DNA of 64,000 nt from Octopus vulgaris (GCA_951406725.2 OX597820.1:66402001-66466000), one strand, 5' to 3'. Shown: positions 41,486 to 57,603, numbered from the stretch's first letter. Notes: a model not told the origin generated them from the letters alone. Made by a program: numbers and translations.

Positions 41486-41783
41486 TACAGCATGAGACAT
41501 TGCTTGATATTTCAACATTTCTATTAAGTGTGTTATATGCTCATACTACGGCTGTCCATGGCTGAGACAGGCATAATGCTCAATGGAAAATATCCATTAT
41601 GCAATAAAGGCATGCATTTTTCAGCATAGATAGTCACTCTCTGAACACCTACTGCAAGAGGCAGCCATCAGTGCAAAAGAGTATATTTCCCTTGCATCCA
41701 TGCAGCTCATGTTTAAGAAGACAACCAAGAGATGCCACTACATGAAATCAAATTGCAGCCATCAAGTGTATGCATATATATAA

Positions 41784-41847
<64 letters not shown>

Positions 41848-43086
41848 ATGTGTGTGTGTGTATCATCCTTGTTATCATCATCATCAGCATCATCATCATC
41901 ATCCTTTAACATCTGTTTTCCATGCTGGCATGGGTTGGAGGGTTTGACAAGACCTGGCAAGCAAGAGAGCAGCATCAGGTTCCTGTCTGATTTAGCTTGG
42001 TTTCTACAACTGGAAGCCCTTCCTAATGCCAACCACTTTACAGTGTATTATTTAACGTGGCACCAGCTCAGGGCTCTTACAGGTCAATCCTCTTCATCTG
42101 CAGGGAGTGGCACATATATACATTATATATATATATGCATGCACAATGCACACAGGTCAACCTTTTAGCATCGGAATTACTCTAACAAAATGCAACACTT
42201 ACTTATTCACACTATCTTGAATTAATCCGGCATTATCTTATAACTTCAAGATTTTGATGATACGATTGTCGGATAGGTGTGAAAGGTCAGATCTGGTCAG
42301 TTTGAACTCAAAACCAGATAGAATATTTGGACCAGATATGGCCAGTTTAAATGCAAAAAAGGTTAAGTGGTTATTGGTATAGATTCCGAGTTTTCTGCTA
42401 AGCCAAGTTACGTCTCAAAAAACTATACCACGTTGTCCATTTCTCTTCACTGCCAAGCTTACTTAATGTTCTACATTGCCTTGGATAAACTGATAGCTTC
42501 TGTTCAGTGAAACTATGCAATATTCTGTGTGTGTGTGTGTGTGTGTGGCACTCAAGTGGGTGTTGAGAGTGTAATTTTTTTTTTCTCTCCTTTTTCAATG
42601 ATTATAAGTAGCTTTCTTTGTCTCGTTAATACAGCAATATAGTTTCTGTCTTGTGATCTTCTTTTTGTGGTATGGCGCACAGTTTTTTTATTTTTTATCA
42701 ACTGTCTGTATACTGATGTGTGTGTGTGTTTGCATCTTTATATATGTGTGTGCGTGTGTATGTATATATATATGTATATGTATATGTATGTATGCATATA
42801 TATATATAAATGTGTGTGTATCTATATATATGTATGTATATTTATGTTTGTGTGTGTATATATGTATATATATGCATATATATATGTGTATATATATGCA
42901 TATATATATGTATATATATGTGTATATATATATGTGTATGTATATATATGTATATGTGCATATATGTGTATATATGTATATATATATATATATATGTATG
43001 TGTATATATATATATATCTATGTATGTATATATGTATGTGTATATATATATATCTATGTATATATATATATATGTAAGTATATATG

Positions 43087-43131
<45 letters not shown>

Positions 43132-43476
43132 GTCTTTCCATGTGTGTGTCCAGGAGGCAGGCTATCATGCGTTCATTTCTCTGTCAACATATGTTCATGT
43201 ATCTATGTGTGTATCTTGTGACAATGTAGCCTGAAATATATAGTTTTTATCAAACGTGTATGTGCACACATGTGTGGATGTGTGTTGATTTTAAAAATAA
43301 TAGGCAGCATCAATTTAATATATCCATGTGTGTGTGTGTGTGTGTGTGTAGCAGTATATGTGTGTTTTTTCTCATCATGGTTTTTCTGTATTCGCCATGA
43401 TCTTGTTATCTTATCTTTTGGTTTGATGATATTCTGCTGTTTATTACATGTGATAAAGCAATGTGTGGTCTTTGTG

Positions 43477-43547
<71 letters not shown>

Positions 43548-43639
43548 TAAATGTAATATAATACATAGACATTATACAACCTGATTTCCTCTCTCCTTTT
43601 TTCGCTCTTGATGTGTATGTGTATGTGTCTCTGTCTGTC

Positions 43640-44130
<491 letters not shown>

Positions 44131-44868
44131 CATATTTGTCACACATCCCCACATCAGTCTGTGCCTCCACATTTAAAATGTCATATCGTTTACCAACGTC
44201 TTCTGCTACTGTACTGCTTGTCATAACATTTTTATCACACACAAAACTTTTTTTGTAACTATTTACTCACACTCTTCCCCCCTATGTATGTGTCTATATA
44301 TACATATCTCTGTTTGTCTGTGTGTCCTCTCTACTTCTGGGTAATATTAATATGGTATAGGAGTTGGCGGGTCTGTGTGCGTCTTTCTCTATCTGTTTCC
44401 TTTTTTTCTCTTTTATCACTGTGTAATTACTTTTTGGGGTAGAAGCGGGTATTCGTGTGTGTGTGCATGCGTGTGTTTGTACATTACGTGTGTGTGTGTT
44501 CATACATATACACACGCATACATTTATGTTTATGTACGTACATACATAGGTATATATATATATGTATGAATATATGTATCTATATATGTAAATATATGTA
44601 TGTGTGTATATATATCTATATATGTATATATATATATATATATACATGTGTATATACATGTGTGTGTAATATGTGTGTGTGTATATATATTTGTATGTAT
44701 ATATATGAATATGTATATATGTACTTATGTGTTTATTAATGTGTGTGTGTGTGCATGAGTGTGTATGTATACACACACACATGCACTAGTTTTTCTTTTT
44801 TGTCTTTAATCTTTTATTACATACAGTGTGACTGCGTCCATGAAGATATTTTTATATAGATACATGTG

Positions 44869-44943
<75 letters not shown>

Positions 44944-45276
44944 ACACACATATACATACGTACACAAACACACACATATGTATCTATCTATATTATATGT
45001 GTGTGTGTGTGTACAATATGTACATACATGTTTGTATATACATGCGTATATATACGCATACAAAGAAGTGTGTATACAGGTACATCTGTATTATCTTGAT
45101 CTGTTCATCAGTCACTTCATATCAGAGTAGTCTCCTGTGGAGAAACTTCACTGTGTAATTAAGGTGAGCAAAAATCTAAGTCATAAAGAATTTCCACACT
45201 TAACCAGGCTTTTTCTTTTCTTTCGGCTTTCTCGTTATTTCTTGATTTAATATACCTATATACATACCTGTACTAC

Positions 45277-45355
<79 letters not shown>

Positions 45356-45497
45356 CACACACATCCATACAAGTGTTCATACATATATATCGTGCATGTG
45401 TGTATGTGTGGGGATATATAAATGCATAAACATATGTATCCAGATAAGTCTTCTTGCATATTTGTGTGTGTGTGTGTGTCTGTGCACGCGCATATAA

Positions 45498-45547
<50 letters not shown>

Positions 45548-46017
45548 CATCCAGCTGTAGAAACACTGCCAGATCAGACTGGAGCCTGGTGCAGCCTCCT
45601 GGCTTCCCAGACCCCGGTCGAACTGTCCAACCCATGCTAGCACAGAAAATGGATGTTAAACGATAATGATGATGATGATGATGATGATATATATATATGT
45701 AGAAGCATATCTATACACACGTCTATATGTGTGTAAATATACCCAAATCAGATCTCCATCTCGCTTTCTGTCTCTCTCTCTCTATATATATAAATATATG
45801 TGTGGGTGTATTTGTGTTTGTGTGTGTGTGTGTGTATTGGTATGTGTTTCCCATCTTATGTTTTGGTTGCATATGCAACCTCTTGTGACCAACAGATACT
45901 TTAGGAATTGATTTCAAATTAACTTATCTCTTTCTGTGCTATCTAAGGCAATAAATAGTTGCAGGCTCATCTAGATGTCCCTAAAGGTTACTGTGAAGTA
46001 AATATTTACGTCAGATG

Positions 46018-46372
46018 GGTGTGGCACAGAAAAAGCACTGGTCATGGTGTCAAAGAAAAAGCACTGTTGAGGGTGCCATGTAAAACTCATAGTAATGGTA
46101 CTGTGCCATGGTAAAGGTGCCATTTAAAAAGCCGTGTTGGTGGTGTTACACAAAAAGCATTGGTGCTGGTGCCATGCAAAAAAGCACTGGTCCTGGGGTA
46201 CCATAAAAAGCACTCTTGACGGTGTCATAGGAAAAGGTCTGGTGATGGTGCCATGTAAAAAGCACTGGTAATGGTACCATGTGAAAGGTACCCGCGCTAG
46301 TGCCACATAAAAAGGCACCCATGCTGGTGCCAGGTAAAACGCAGTTGTGATGGTGCCATGTAAAAAGCACCC
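46018..46372 (+). repeat. ~13 tandem copies of a 26-27-bp unit (GGTGCCATGTAAAAAGCAC + variable 6-8 nt)
   Basis: Direct reading. Leads into a (GAT)n-tailed retroposon body. Confidence 0.85.
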
Positions 46373-46542
46373 AGTACATTCTTGAAAGTGGTTGATACTA
46401 GAAAGGGCATCCAGCCATGGAAACCATGCCAAAACAGACTTTGGAACCTGGTGCTACTCTCGAGCCTTGCCAGCTCCTGTTGAGCCCTCCAACCCATGCC
46501 AGCATGGAAAAACGGACATTAAATGATAACGCTGATGATGAT
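46373..46542 (+). mobile_element. (GAT)n-tailed short retroposon (family C)
   Basis: gggcatccagcc-tagaaac...cccatgccagcatggaaaa-cggac-ttaaa-gatgat. Copies at ~16330-16460, 32985-33112, 41880-42070 (-), 45547-45690, 46670-46870, 48525-48645 (-), 56555-56645 (-), 57350-57450 and 60350-60460 (-). Confidence 0.8.
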
Positions 46543-47647
46543 TGTAGTACGCTCACCATAAGCAATTGTCACAAAGAGACAAATTATGATGTGCTTTATG
46601 AGTTTCATATAACTAGTCCCCACCACCACCACCACCACCACCACCACCACCTCTTTCATGGTCCTTGCCTGAGTCATGTAAAAAGCACCCAGTACACTCT
46701 GTAAAGTGTCCAGTACACTCTAGCAGGTGTTAGGAAGGGCATCCTGCTGTAGAAACTATTTTTCCATAGCAGACGCTGGACTTCGAAGTAGTTCTCTGGC
46801 TTGTTGGATCCTATCAAGCTGTCTCAGCCATCTAACACATACCAGCATAGAAGACAGACATTAAATGATGAAAATTAAAACACACACACACATCCATCCT
46901 ACATATATATGTATATATATTATGTATTATGTATGTCTATATACATACATTTTATTTGTGTATATGTGCATGTGTTTATAAATGTATGATTAAGTATATA
47001 TATAAACAGTATATATGTGTGTGTGTTTGATATATATATATACATATTTATATAAAGTTGATATGTGTTTGTGTATAAATGCACATTTATATATGTGTAT
47101 AGGTGCATTTATTTTTGTGTGTATAAATATGAGCATATCGATATTTGTGTCTGTGTGTGTGTGTGTGTGTGTATACATACATACATATATAATTATATAC
47201 ATGTGTGTTTGTGTGCATGTATATATATGCATATATATATATGCATGTATGTGTGTGTGTGCATGTATGTATATACATATATGCATATAAATATAATACT
47301 GTCTTTTCTTTTTTCACCATTATTCAATGAAAGAACTCTTCAAAGACCATTAGCTTCAAGAAGTGGAATTGCTATGTTCATTAATGCCTATTTACACACT
47401 ATTACTCATTTTTACTGTCTGCCAAGGAGACATTCTATCAGACTTCTACATCATTTTCACACCTTAATTAATATATTTCCTATTGTACCGCTTTGTACTC
47501 TGTTCCAAAGAAGAAGTCGGAAAAAGGAAAAAGACATATAAAGAAGGGAAAAAAAAAGATTAAAAAGAACAAACTAATCATACCCCACCCCTCACTCCCT
47601 GCTACCTCTCTTCCAAATCACTACACTTCCTAAGGTATAACTTGTTG

Positions 47648-47679
<32 letters not shown>

Positions 47680-50600
47680 GTTACATCCAGTGTAATATGG
47701 ATGTTGCGTTAGAACAGAATATACTGCATTATTAGTCTCGAGAGACCCTCTTATATAGGTGCTTGGTGCACAAAAGCACACGCATAGATAGTAGCTGACG
47801 AAATTTGTCTGTGATGGGCTCCGAGATTCCCATATCACATGATTTTGTTCTCTTACTCCTCTGCAGCGGGAAGCACCAATCACTGCATGCTAGCCAAATC
47901 TTGCGCCTACATGAGAAGTTCTTTCAAGGCTAATAAAGCAGTGTTCGGTGTTCTAAATTAGCATGCATCCTATGTTAGGTATAAAGATTACCTAATGGTA
48001 TTAAAACTGCTTCCATTGCTAATAATTGTAAGTGGATTTAGTAAATAGTAACAGAAATAAGCTCTCCTTATGTGTGTATGTTTGTGTACATGCGCTCGTA
48101 TATTGTATATGTATGTGTGTGTGTATCAAACATGATTATAAATACTAAATGCACGAGTTCCACTGAGCTGGGCATGTCACGAGGTTCACGAACAATAGGA
48201 GAAATCCTTGAAATCACTGTGTAGTAACCAGAGTAGTGATCAGAAATGGTCAGTCAGAGGGCCCCCCTCCCTGCAACAACAGGATGACAGTTTAGTTTCA
48301 CATTTTGGACCAAGATGGATAAAAGCATGCAATCAAGAAAGGACTGCAAGTACACTGTAATCATCAGTGTTTATTATATAGCAACAACAACCAAAGCCTT
48401 GTGAGTGGATTTGGTGTGTGTGTGTGTGTTTGTCCTGCCCCCCTCCCCCATTGCTTGACAACCTATGCTGGTGTGTGTGAGTGGATTTGGTAGACAGAAA
48501 CTTAAAGAAGCTCATCATATATCATCATCATCATCATCATTTAACGTCCGCTTTCCATGCTAGCATGGGTTGGACTATTTGACTGAGGTCTTGGTGAACC
48601 AGACTCCAATCTGATCTGGCAGAGTTTCTATAGCTGGATGCCCTTGTGTCTGTGTTTGCCCCCCCCCCCACATCGCTTGACAACTGATGCTGGTGTGTTT
48701 ACATCCCCGTAACTTAGCAGTTCGGCAAAAAGAGACTGATAGAATAAGTACTAGGCTTACAAAGAATAAGTCCTGGGGTCGATTTGCTCGACTAAAGGCG
48801 GTGCTCCAGCATGGCCACAATCCCATGACTGAAACAAGTAAAAAAGAGAGTAAAAGAGTAAGTAAATGAATGGAAATCAGACCATGTTAAAAAATGAGTG
48901 TGTTAAATTAATAAGGCACTAGAAGAGAATGACTCTCCAGACACAATAAAATATGCTTCAATACACAAATTCACATAAAGAATCTTGCAAACCAAATACA
49001 AAAACAAAATTTTATTCATTGCTTTTGTTTCAAAGAATAATGATTGACCCTTTTGCAATGCTCCTGTCTGAGACCAACCCTAATTCTGTGAAGCTAAATT
49101 CCTGTTTTACATGTGATGTAAATCGAAACCGTCTGTCAAAATTTCATGTTAATTTAACTTCCAAAAACTTGAATAATAACAAAGTTATTCTACTAAATAC
49201 TTCATTATTTTCCAAAATTAACTGAAACAAAAGGCAATATATTTTTAGTGGAAATATGGTAACCAAAGGTTTAATAAAACAGTGAGTAGAACTAATAGTT
49301 TTTATTATTTTTTTTTTAGTAAATTTTTATCTTTTAAAATAATTTTTAAAAATATAGTTTTCAAATATAAGAGAATTAATATACAAGGACCGTGTAATTG
49401 AAATTTTGAATAAAATAGTAGAATGCCATCTGGTCTTTCATTCATTTTTTTCTCTTAAAACGGAAAATTTATTGAAAATAAATTATCCATCCACAAAATG
49501 ATACTTCAGTAAAAATTTCATTTGGTTAGGGATTTTTTGTTTTTGTTTATTTTTTTCCCCCCAATCTCTCATAGTATTCCATTTTCCTTTAATCTCTTGT
49601 GTACCACAGAGTCAAAGAAGATTAAGAACCGTTGTTTTGAACACTTTATATCAGAGAATTTCCAGAATAATGGACTGTAAATATTTAATCGAAGTATAAT
49701 TATGGAATGCAGTTGGGTATAAGTGTGTGTGTTATTGTGTTGCTATCATCATCATCGTTGTCATCATTTAACATCCCACTTTTCCTTGCTTTCATGAGCC
49801 AGATGTTATTTGTTGATGCTGATTTTCTACAGACGGATGCATTTCCTGATCCCAACCCTTACCCAGTGCTATCTCAAGGCATGGGCACACTGAGCACCTG
49901 CTTGGATCTCTCACATTTTTAGGGACCCAATTCTAATCTATATATATATATATGTTCTGGCTTATTGTCAATGTATAAATACTATAGGGATCAGTGCATT
50001 GATATGTCTAGGGACCTAGAATGTTGTTAAGACACCCTTGCCCTTACTTTCCACCCCTGCCTACACATATTTTTCACATAACACTGGAAGTAAACAAACC
50101 CACTTGTACAACAATGATGCTTACTTACAACCATCATATGATGCTTAGACAAGGGTACACACACCCCAGAGACAGCACTAGAGAGAAGCTGGTTTTCTGT
50201 AGTTGAGAATAAACCCCTGTGCTGTTTTTATATTCTAAGGAACCATGGGACACAGGGTGGAGATTCTGACAAGAAAGAATCTCTCCTGAATATCCTGATT
50301 TTTTTTATTTTATTTTATTTAGTTATTTGTTATCTGTTGTAGGGGGTGGAGGAGGGTGGGTGTTTGGCTTCTTCGTTCTTAGCTTTTAGAGAAGAAGAAG
50401 AAGAAAGGGTAGGTTGGGGAAAAGGAGGAAGGATGTGCATTTTTGTTCTCTTGTTTGTTTTTTTGTTTTTTTTCTTACCGTTGATTATTACCTGGTTCTT
50501 CATGATGATAGGGTTGTTCCATTGCTTCATGTCTCACCTCACTCTTCATCTTCTGCACCATCAGCAGCAGCACCACACCACCACCACCACCATCATCATC

Positions 50601-50932
50601 GCCATCATTGCCACCACCACCACCACCACCATCACCACCACCATCATTATCATCATCACTATAGCCACCACCACCATCACCGCCATCATCATCCACACCA
50701 CCACCATCACCACCACCACCACCACCACCACCATCAGCAGCATCATCACCATCATTTCTCCAAATTCTTCTTGTCAGTAACATTTATTTTCTTTGAGGGT
50801 GGAGGCGGGAGGGAGGGGGAATGATTTTATTTTTGTGTATTGAGGAAGACATTCCACCCCCCACCCCCATATCTCCATCCACCCCTTTTGTATATGTTTA
50901 TATATATATATATTCTTTTTTGTGAATTCTCC

Positions 50933-50974
<42 letters not shown>

Positions 50975-51402
50975 ATATTTATAATTTGGCTGTTTGGCAC
51001 TGAGGTCTGTTTCATGCATCTGTCAAACGTGGCACTGTTATTTCATTGCATCTCATGCAATTCTTCACCAGAATCTTACTTTTGATTCTTTTCTTTTTTT
51101 TTTTTTTTTAATCACATTATTTCTCTCTCCTCTCTCACGTTCCATCCCTAGAAATATATTTTGCGCTTGCATCATTGTGCCTGCTTCATCGTATGTGTGC
51201 ATGCACACACACACACACAACACACATGCATGTGTGTGCATGTGTGCATATATAATCTATCTATATATATGCATATACATACATACATAAATATATATAT
51301 ATACAAGTATATATAGATATGTAAGTATATATTTATATATATATAAGTATATATACTTGTATATATTTTGTATATGTATATATACACACACATATATATG
51401 TA

Positions 51403-51454
<52 letters not shown>

Positions 51455-51506
51455 TTATATATATTTTATATATGTATATATATATATACACACACATACA
51501 CACATA

Positions 51507-51584
<78 letters not shown>

Positions 51585-53082
51585 AAATCATGGAATTAAC
51601 ATGTCAGTGCTCCATTCTTCACATATATATAGACATTCACACACACGCATACACAAATGCAAGCATACATCCTCACACAGTTACACACATACACCCACAG
51701 TCTCGCACTCCTACATCCTCTCATGCATGCCCCCACAGACATCCACAAACGAGCGCGCATACATTCACACACACACATACATTCACTCAAGCACAGACAC
51801 ATGCACACATAAATTCACACACGCGCACACATACATTCACAAACACACACGCACACATACATTCACACACACACTCACATACTTTCACATACACACACAC
51901 ATACATTCACATACACGCACATAAATGCACACATACATTCACGCATGCACACTTACATTCACACGTACACTCACACGAACATTCACTTACACACACACAC
52001 ACACACACATACATACACAGAAATAAACACACATACAAAAATTCAAAGATAATGGCTTGTTGGCCTACACTTTTCTCGTTTCCTTTTTTGACTTTGCTGT
52101 AAATTATCATATTGCTAATTTCTTGGAGTTTAGCGAAAAACACACACACACACACACACATTTACAATACTCTCCTGTATAACAAAATAAGCATCTGTGT
52201 ACACACACTCTTTCATGTGTGCGCGTTGTGTGCTGTGTATGTTTGTATGTGGATCAGGAAAAGTGCAAGAAGTGATATCTGTCATCAAATCTATTCATGT
52301 CCATGAGATGAGAATCCTGCGTTGACATGATACTAATTATAATTAATACAACTGATAATGGTGCCCACGGTGCTGGCGAAATGAGGATATAATGAAGGAA
52401 ACTTATCACGTTTACATACATGCACACACACACACACACACACACTGACGTCTTTGCCGTTACATCAACCTTCTGCTCTATATCGCTGATGTCTTGAGGG
52501 GTTAAATAAATATTGCACTGTAAAATATGGTTGTCTTCATCTTCCTGCCATTCTTCTATCTCCCTCTCTCTCTCTCTCTGCTTGATATATTTTCTTCTGT
52601 TCTTTTGTTCCTTTTTATTGTTTCATTCGGTCCTTTGACCACGGCCATGCTGGAGCACCACCTATTCGTTGAACAAAATCAATCCCGGGACTTATTCTTT
52701 TGTAAGCCTAGTACTTGGTTCTGTCGGTCTCTTTTGCCAAACTGCTAAGTCGCGAGGATGTAAACACACCAACATCGATTGTCAAGTGATTGTGGGGACA
52801 CAAGCACAGACACACAAACATATGCATACATATATACATACATACATGTATAGAGAGAGATATGTGTGTGTTAAAATGGATGTCTTTCAGTTTCCATCTG
52901 CCAAATCCACTCGCAGGCTTTTGGTCAGCCTGTGGTTATAGTAGAAGACACTTACTCAAAGTGTCATACAGTGGAACTGAACCGAGAACCATGTGGTTGG
53001 GAAGCAAGCTTCTTTCCACACAGCCATGCCTGCACCTATATATATATATATATCATCATCATCATCATCATCATCGTTTAAC

Positions 53083-53145
<63 letters not shown>

Positions 53146-53439
53146 TGGATAGATAGATAGACACACACACATACACATGCAGATAGATAGATAGATAGAT
53201 AGATGTCTATCTAATTTTCTATCTCTTCCTATCTCTATTTATCTTTTAATCTATATATAGTTCTATTCAAACACACACACACACACACAGGTATGTATTT
53301 ATGGCAGCCTACCTACCTCCCTACTTATCAAGAGATCCGAAAAGGACAAGAAAATTGGCGAATAGAAGACATAGCAGGGAGATGATGAGAAAGTTTTGAT
53401 TCTGGATTCACTTTATCTATGGCAGATAAGTATATTTGT

Positions 53440-53760
53440 TGATAGCTATGTTTTCTTGTGGAATATATCTCATACAGCTAATGGCTCCGGTTCCCTCCCG
53501 TGACAATAACATCAAGGCTCAAACTCAGAGGAATGACTAGTACAAACATCTCCTTGAAGAATGTGAGGATGCTGTTTGGAAGGCGGCAAGCTATCTGATT
53601 GAAGTTTGGTTGTAGAAGGTTTCTAGGGAGTGGTTTGAGGCTCTGGTTATTGTCACAAGGCTGGACACATTATAAAATAAGTACCATCATGGACAATATC
53701 CAAGCCACTGTTGAAAAAGCAAACTGGTAAACCGCTAGATTTTGCTACAAAGAGATGATA
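53440..53760 (+). mobile_element. Decayed HERO/NeSL/R2-group non-LTR element C-terminal restriction-like endonuclease fragment
   Basis: IYLIQLMAPVP...YKHLLEECEDAVWKAASYLIEV-GCRRFLG...IQATVEKANW resembles the IELTVPWE...KY..L...C...GW.....IEVGCRGF motif. Confidence 0.65.
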
Positions 53761-54128
53761 AGTGCCTAGCAACAAACAGCAGAGGAAATATTAGCAGTGG
53801 CTGTGGTTGTTTAGTGGCATGTTGTGTTAGGGTTGGCCTGGGTTTCCAACAGTTACGTAAACAAGTGTTCCAGTTGATTCAGTCCACAGAACAGCCTGCT
53901 TGTGAAATTAATGTGCAAGTGGCTGAACACTGCACAGATATGCATACGCTTAACATAGTTCTCAGGGAGATTCAACATGACATGGAATGTGACAAGGCTG
54001 GACCTTTGAAATACAGGTAATACTCATTTTTGCCAGCTGGGTGGACTTGAGTAACATAAAATAAAGTATCTTGCTCAAGGATATGACACACTGCCAGGTA
54101 TCATACTTGTGGCTAAATACCCTTAGAT

Positions 54129-54347
54129 CAGTGGTTTTCAACCAGGGTTCCACGGAACCTTAGGATTCCGCCAGTACAGTCCAGGGGTTCTGCAAGAAGT
54201 TACAAAAATGCTAAAATCGGCAGTAATTTTTAATTCTCCTGTGCAGATATGTGTGCATAAGACAATTAAATTATTGCACAGGGGTTCCTAGAGCCAGTGA
54301 AATGTTTTCTTGGGGTTCTGCTCCAGCAAAAAGGTTGAAAAGCACTG
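54129..54347. mobile_element. hAT (Charlie-like) MITE, 219 bp
   Basis: TIRs CAGTGGTTTTCAACC / GGTTGAAAAGCACTG (14/15 match). Perfect 8-bp TSD CCTTAGAT at 54121-54128 and 54348-54355. Confidence 0.93.
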
Positions 54348-55447
54348 CCTTAGATTATGGTTACCAGTGGTTTTACTGCTGTGTTGTCAAAGGTGGGGGG
54401 GGTGTAGGGATATGTAATGAAGTGGTGGCTTATAAAGCTACTTGACCTTTTACAGGCTCAAGAGAACAACTGAAGTAAAAGTAACAATTACCATCACCAC
54501 CAGTGTATGTGAATGACATAGGAGCCTTTAAGTGGTAGAAATAACAACCAAATCTTCCTCAAACCATACATTTATACCGGCTTAACTCTTTAGCATTTAA
54601 ACAGGCCATAACAGACCTGATATTCTAGCTGTTTTATGTTAAGACTGATCAGAACTGGCCTCTCATTGAGTAAAATAACTTAGTTATCATTAGGTTAGTG
54701 TTAAGAACATAAACTGAGACTAAAGTTTGGTGGAAGGTTTTAATGCAAAACTTATGGAAGCAAGACATTTGTATTACAGAGTCAGAGCCAGTTTCAGCTG
54801 GGTTGGTAAACGAAAGGGTTAATTCAAAGTAATGTGAATGAATAAACATTGCATTCCACAGAGTTGTCTGAATGCCAAAGGGTTAAAGGACAGATGGATT
54901 ACTGACATAACTAGACAAGACTGGAACCTTTTCTATCAAGGGTCTGCTTGGACAAGTGCGACCTGTAAAAGTTTTGAAGGGAGTAAGGAAAGGGGACAGC
55001 AGAGAAGTAGTTGGACACAACTGCCCCTACTTAACTCCCGTTAATTGTGTTGTAACAATACTGTTAGTTAGGTAATAGAGTGAGTTGAAAAACTTCCCAT
55101 TGCTGGCATTATCTATGCATTCAGTAGCTAAAATCTTCCTCTAGCAGTATTCCTGGGAAAGAACAAATCAAGAAAAATGCTTAAGAATGTCGTTGCATAT
55201 TGCTGAGTATTGTAGAAATTTAGGATTGTTGACTTAGTTAAAAAGATTTTTCTATCTGTATGTCTCTCCTCCTCCACCTCTCTCTCTCTCCTCCCCCTGT
55301 CTCATTTTGTGGTAAGAAGCTTGCTTTCCAAACACATAATTCTGGGTTCAGTCCTACTGTGTGGCACCTTGGACAGGTGCCTTATGCTATAGCCTCAGGC
55401 TGACCAAAGCCTTGTAAGTGTATTTGGTAAACAGAGACTTAGAGAAG

Positions 55448-55492
<45 letters not shown>

Positions 55493-55697
55493 TGTATGTG
55501 TGTGTATGTATGTATTTCTGTATCTGTGTTTATTCCCCCCACCCCCACCATCGCTCGACAACCGATGTTGGTGTGTTTATGACCCTGTAAATTAGCAGTT
55601 TGGCAAAAGAGACTGATAGAATAAGTCCTGGGGTCGATTTGTGGTGCTCCAGCATGGCTGCTGTGAAATGACTGAAACAAAAGAAAAAAGATATATG

Positions 55698-55751
<54 letters not shown>

Positions 55752-56988
55752 ACATATATACGTCTTTCTTTCTCTATCTGTGTGTATGTCTTTCTCTCTG
55801 TCTCATTCTGATTCTCTCTCTCAGTAGATCTCTCTGTCTCTTTCTGTCCGCCTCCCCCACCTAACTTCTCTCTTTCTCTCTCTCCCCTGCCACTCCTCTT
55901 ATGTCAGTCTGATTGTCTTCTAGCATAAGGTGGAGAGATGTCTCCCCCCCACACACACACACACATAACTCCACCCCCTGTTCTTCTTTCAGTCTTTACA
56001 CTCTATATCTCAAACATACCCCTCTTCTCCTCATCACTAAATACCATCAAAATTTCACCCACTCCTTCTGCCACCACCACCACCACACCCCTACATTTTG
56101 CCAGCATGACACCCCTAACAAATTTTCTCTGTCTCTCTCTTCTTCACCTTTATCCTCTCTCTTTAGCCATTTGATTTTTCTTTCAAATTAATGAGAATAT
56201 TTTTTTCTTGGTATTTTTATGGCCTCCAATGTTTTTATTGTTGTCTTAAGGGACCATCAATTTCATTTTAAGGCCTTTTATTAATGTTTGGTGTCAATAA
56301 TTTACAGGGTGTAGTGAGGTCCTCTGACCCCAATTTTATAGATGGGGGTTACCAGTGGTGAGCTAGTGATGGGGGTCATTCATGTCTTATTTCAAACCAA
56401 TAAAATCATTGTTTATTAAAACTTTGATTTATTTCTATTGATCTACTCAACTAGGTGTGTGTATGTGGATGCGTATATGTGTGTTAGTATGTGCATGCGT
56501 GTGTATGAGTATGCATATGTGTGTATGTTAGTGCATGTGTGTGTGTGTGTGATCATCATCATCATCATTGTTTAACATCCGTTTTCCATGCTGGCATGAG
56601 TTGGACGGTTTGACTGGGGATTGGCAAGCCAGGAGGCCGCACCAAGCCCCTCCCCCAAAATTTCGGAACTTGTGCCTAAAGTAGAAAAGATCATTATTAT
56701 TTTCTGGCGTTAGCATGCTCAATTTGTCCCCTCCTCTGAAATTGCTGGTGTTGTGCCAAAATTTGAAACCAAAGGAAAGCGAGCTGGCAGAATTGTTACC
56801 ATGCTGGGCAAAATGCTTAGCAGCATTTCATCTGTTTTTACATTCTGAGTTCAAATTCTGCTGAGGTCTCAACTTTGCTTTTCATTATTTCAGGGTCGAT
56901 AGAATAATTATCAGTTGAACACTGGGGTCAGTGTAATTGATTAGCCCCTCCCACCAAAATTTCAGGCCCTGTGCTGATAGAATAAAGG

Positions 56989-57053
<65 letters not shown>

Positions 57054-57603
57054 GGCAGCAAGCTGGCAGAATCTTTAGCATGCTGGATGAAATGCTTAGT
57101 GGTATTTCGCCCGCAGCTACGTTCTCAGTTCAAATTTCACTGAGGTCAACTTTATCTTTGATTCTTTCGGGATGAAGAGAGAAGGGAGACAGTAAGACAA
57201 ATATTAATATGTCTGATGTCAAAAAAGTCAGCATCGCTTCAATAGCACCAGATAGGCTACGACAAAATGGCTATGCCTAAATGTCTCATATCTGGCAGTG
57301 AATTACTTGCCTGACTGTTATGTCTTGTCCCAGGAGATATCTAAACAAATTGGAGCCTGGTGCAGCCTCCTGGCTTGCCAGTCCTCAATCAAACCGTCCA
57401 ACCCATGCCAGCATAGAAATTGGACAGTAAACAACGATGATGATGATGATGAAGGATAGATAGATAGACAGACAGATCTCTGAACACCCAACTAAATATC
57501 TATCCATCTATTGCTTCATTCTATCTATCCTCCTATATATCTATCTATCCATCCATCCATCCATCTGCCTGCCTGTCCATCCATCTATCTATCTATCCAT
57601 CTG

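Noticed and set aside
46018-46372. CRISPR array
   Set aside because: Eukaryotic context, spacers of only 6-8 nt, degenerate repeats, no cas genes and attachment to a retroposon.
47790-47850. CTGACGA followed by a hairpin, as another hammerhead
   Set aside because: No GAAA or closing stem I after the hairpin.
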